Part shown: piece by piece, positions 61,080 to 64,000 of the stretch
Position numbering within the stretch: the stretch's first letter is position 1
Layout of the letters: each line of letters begins with the position of its first letter
Assembly: GCA_036172245.1 (NCBI GenBank)
Contig: JAYWIR010000022.1
Location: 3,100,001 to 3,164,000 of the forward strand
DNA length: 64,000 nt
Source: Raillietiella orientalis
Taxonomy: Eukaryota
Reading direction: 5' to 3'
Made by a program: the position numbers and the translations under genes
Notes under the pieces: generated by a model
What the model was told of the DNA's origin: nothing
The model's input: the letters and a program-made list of their open reading frames with translations, nothing else
Databases searched by the model: none

Positions 61080-64000
61080 AACCCAAACCGGGTAAAACAC
61101 GAGGGTTGTTTCCCACCCGGATGCGCCAGGGGGGTTTATTTCTAAACTATCCGGAAACAGAGTTCCCGGACCAAGGACACAGAAAAACGAAGGGAGGGCT
61201 CCCCGACACGCTGGTCCGTAAATCCGAAAGTCCGGAACGGGAGGGAGACCACAAATACACATATAAAAGAATATAAATAAAGATATGGGAAGGGTTGGGG
61301 ACAGGGGACGGCTTTGGCCGTCCTTTCCTTCAGAACTGGCGTTGGATGCAGGAGATCTCGTTCCTTGCGTGTTCTGGAAGATGAGACCAACCGGCAGCCG
61401 ACGTCCTGTTCTCATCGGCTATTCCGGTGGCCTGTCGACGAATCGCCTGCGTCTCCAGCTCTCGGTGGGCCTAGTCGATGGCGTGGGTGCAACAGATCAT
61501 TGCGACCACCACACTTTACGACAGGCCGCCTGGCGTGAAGAAGTGGCGCATCAAATCCCTTGCGGTGTCCCCCTGGTGCAGGAGAGCTGAGGTCAGCCTC
61601 CGCCACAGTCCTTGGAGGACACCGCAGCCGAAGAGCAGGTGCGTGAGCGTTTCTGCTTCTCCGCACCTTTTACAGTTCGAGGAGACAACTCCCCCGTAAA
61701 CAAGGTTCGTGCGCTGGTTGTAATGAAATCCCCAATGTACCAGCAAGACCACATCCTGTTTCCACGAAAGGGGGAACACAGAAGTGTTCACGCACGAGGA
61801 AGGGACCACAAATTCTTCGGGGTGCACACTCAAGTGTTCACTCCACCGAAGGAGTCCCTTCGGGATGTTGAGAGGAGTGGCGGCGTCTGCCTGCTTGCTA
61901 GTCCTCCAGCCGTCCATGAGTCGGCTTGCTCCTGAGATGGTGCAGGCGACCTCCCACCTCGCCGGTAGGTAGCTGTCATCACTTGCCCTGAGGGCTGACA
62001 GCGCGTCGGCGAGGGGCGTGATGGCCAGGCGAGTCCACTTCTGGCTGTTCCAGACCTCATCCACCGTACAGGCTTCTCCCCCTGAAGTGGCAAGAGTCGG
62101 CGCTGCTGCTGTTGCACTGGGGTCTTCCCTGCAACGTGCGCCGCTTCCACTGGACGCGGGGAGTGTAAGGCCTGATTGTTCCAGGTGTGGGGAGCGGGAA
62201 TCGCTCCCCCACCTTCTTGTTGACTGTGCTGCCCCTCGATCCCTATGGGAATGGTTCGGGACGACTCTCGGGCTCCCAAAGGGCAGCACGCCCAGAGACG
62301 TTTTCCGTCTTCTCTTCGTGCGGGACGCCCTACAGCCAACCGCAACGTTGCAGCGCTATGCTGCATCCGCGGCATCTAGGCTGCCTGGAGTGATGCCCAC
62401 GACGAAGGAGTGGATTTACGCGAGAGGGATGTCATCCCATACGCTCTTCGCTTCTTGGTGAGAGCTACAGGATGGCACCAGCTGGGACAAATGCAGATGG
62501 ACCTCAAGGGCATCCTGTGAAGGATGGGCCCACCTCAAAGTGGACAGTGATCCCTTCCCCCCCCTCCTAACTTTTTGTTTTTCCTTACTTTTTATTTTTC
62601 TTTTTGGTTTTTCTCCCCCATCCCCTTCCACTGCCGAGGAGAGTCACGCCGGACTGCGTCCCGGCGTCCCGGCAGGTCCGGTGTTGTGTGGCCGTTAGTG
62701 GGGCCTGGTACCACGTATGTTGAATGTTTTTTTATAAACGCCCCGGGATTATCCGGGTGGAAACCACCGTACAGTACGGAGAGAGGTTGGCGCAACGGAG
62801 TTCCAAGAGGGAAACACCCTGTTGCTTTGCCCACTCATGCAACGACTCCTGGCGCCAGGCGTTCAAGTTCGTTGGGCTGCAGGAGATCCATGCGTGGGTT
62901 ACCAGGAGCCGGTAAAGCGGTTTCAAGGGGAAACCGAAGCTTCTCGTGGCGCGCTCCGTATGTGACCGGAGCGACAGAAGTCCTTCGCTGACGGTGCAGC
63001 GCCTCAGTAGCAGGCGCTCGGGAGTACACCACAGAGTGAACCAGAGGTTGACGCAAAGGGCCAACATCCAAAGCTGCACTTGCAGTTCTATCCTCTCCAG
63101 CGTCAGGATGCCCAAGCTAACATCCCGACGCGGAGCCGCCAAATCTTTGAGGCGGATCCTGGACCTCGCGGGTCCCCACAAAGCGTTTCTCAACAGGCGT
63201 CTCGCCTGGAGCTTGGCCGGGTAGGGGGGCGGACAAACAAAAAACAGGGAGCAGAAGAGGGGGGCAACGAAGGTGTTCCAAACGGAGGTCCGCTCCGGCA
63301 GGACGAACCTGCCAAGATGGAACGGGATTAGAGCACTCGCAGCCTTCCGAAGGCAGTCCGACCACGCTTCCACTAGACTGATGTCCCCCAGCGGGACTCC
63401 TAAGTACTCGAAAGACGAAGCGGTCGAGATCCCCAGGTGGACTGACCCCCACGCTGCACCAACAGGAACGACCACACTCTTGCTCCGGTTTATGCTCACT
63501 CCCGCTCCCCGGCGAATCATCTCGAGGAAACCCTCGAGACTGGACACCAGGGTGGTCATGGGTAAAAGGAGAAGCAGGTCATCGGCATAGGCCTCCACGG
63601 ACGGCGTACCTGGACAAGAGCTCGGCAGGTTGTCCAGTTACAGCCTGTACGCTCTCAACACCAACTCAAAGAAGATGCTGAAGAGCAACGGACTTAAGCT
63701 GTCGCCCTACCTGATGCCCCGCCGCACCGGCACGCCGTACACGTGGCAGCCGCTGAAACAGATCGAGATGAGCTCGTGGCGCCAGCATGCGCGCAAATAG
63801 GCCACGAGGTGCACCGGGAGACCGAGGCGTTCCAGGAGCTCCAGGAGGAGTTCCTGTTTGATGCGGTCCAACGCCTTGCGGAGATCGACCGCGACCGCCT
63901 GGAGCACGGCTACGGGAGGACCACGCGACAAGAGTGCCATCCAATGCGCCGCCCAATTCTTGAGGAGGGCGTCGCGATGGCCCCACCTGGATCCGCAAAT
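61080..64000 (-). mobile_element. Disabled Tx1/L1-type non-LTR retrotransposon (element A): RT, thumb, zf-RVT and 3' UTR; continues beyond the window end and is interrupted at 61849-62763
   Basis: AVDLRKALDRI, GIR*GDSLSPLLF (premature stop at 63709-63707), VEAYADDLLL, GVSINRSKS, FEYLGV, RIRLKDLAAPRRDVSLG; beyond the insertion, PLSWK..LLVHWG and CKRCGEAETLTHLLFGC; then a pyrimidine-rich 3' UTR. Confidence 0.9.
61849..62763 (+). mobile_element. 5'-truncated related LINE (element B, about 915 bp) nested antisense inside element A
   Basis: PLKWQESALLLLHWG, CSRCGERESLPHLLVDC..LW and GWAHL align with element A's C-terminus. It has its own pyrimidine-rich 3' UTR ending ATAAACGCCCC...ATCCGGGTGGAAA and is flanked by CCACCG at 61843-61848 and 62764-62769. 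Confidence 0.85.

Noticed and set aside
1..64000. CRISPR arrays, rRNA, tRNA
   Set aside because: No regularly spaced repeats or recognisable structural RNA genes seen by eye.

Overview
Eukaryotic genomic DNA from an invertebrate animal, most likely an arthropod (inferred from protein similarity and many very short GT-AG introns). Four spliced genes can be reconstructed by hand with consistent intron phases: neuferricin/CYB5D2 (+, 1036-2077), an EVI5-family Rab-GAP (+, 9565-36272), ASNA1/GET3 (-, 46466-41726) and TFIIF subunit 1/GTF2F1 (-, 53916-48980). The EVI5 first coding exon lies about 22.5 kb upstream of the rest of the gene. Composition is strongly mosaic: a very GC- and CpG-rich domain (about 10.1-37.5 kb) starts abruptly at a (TG)n/(TA)n microsatellite inside EVI5, while the neighbouring housekeeping genes are AT-rich and nearly CpG-free. 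The right end holds a disabled Tx1/L1-type LINE with a related 5'-truncated LINE inserted into it in antisense orientation. An eroded restriction-like-endonuclease (NeSL/Utopia-like) retrotransposon lies in the EVI5 intron, and several more decayed TE fragments are weakly visible. I found no rRNA, tRNA or CRISPR array and cannot support a wholly new biological system. The best leads are the compositional domain splitting EVI5 and the nested LINE pair with a shared 3' stem-loop. All identifications are by eye; no database searches were run.
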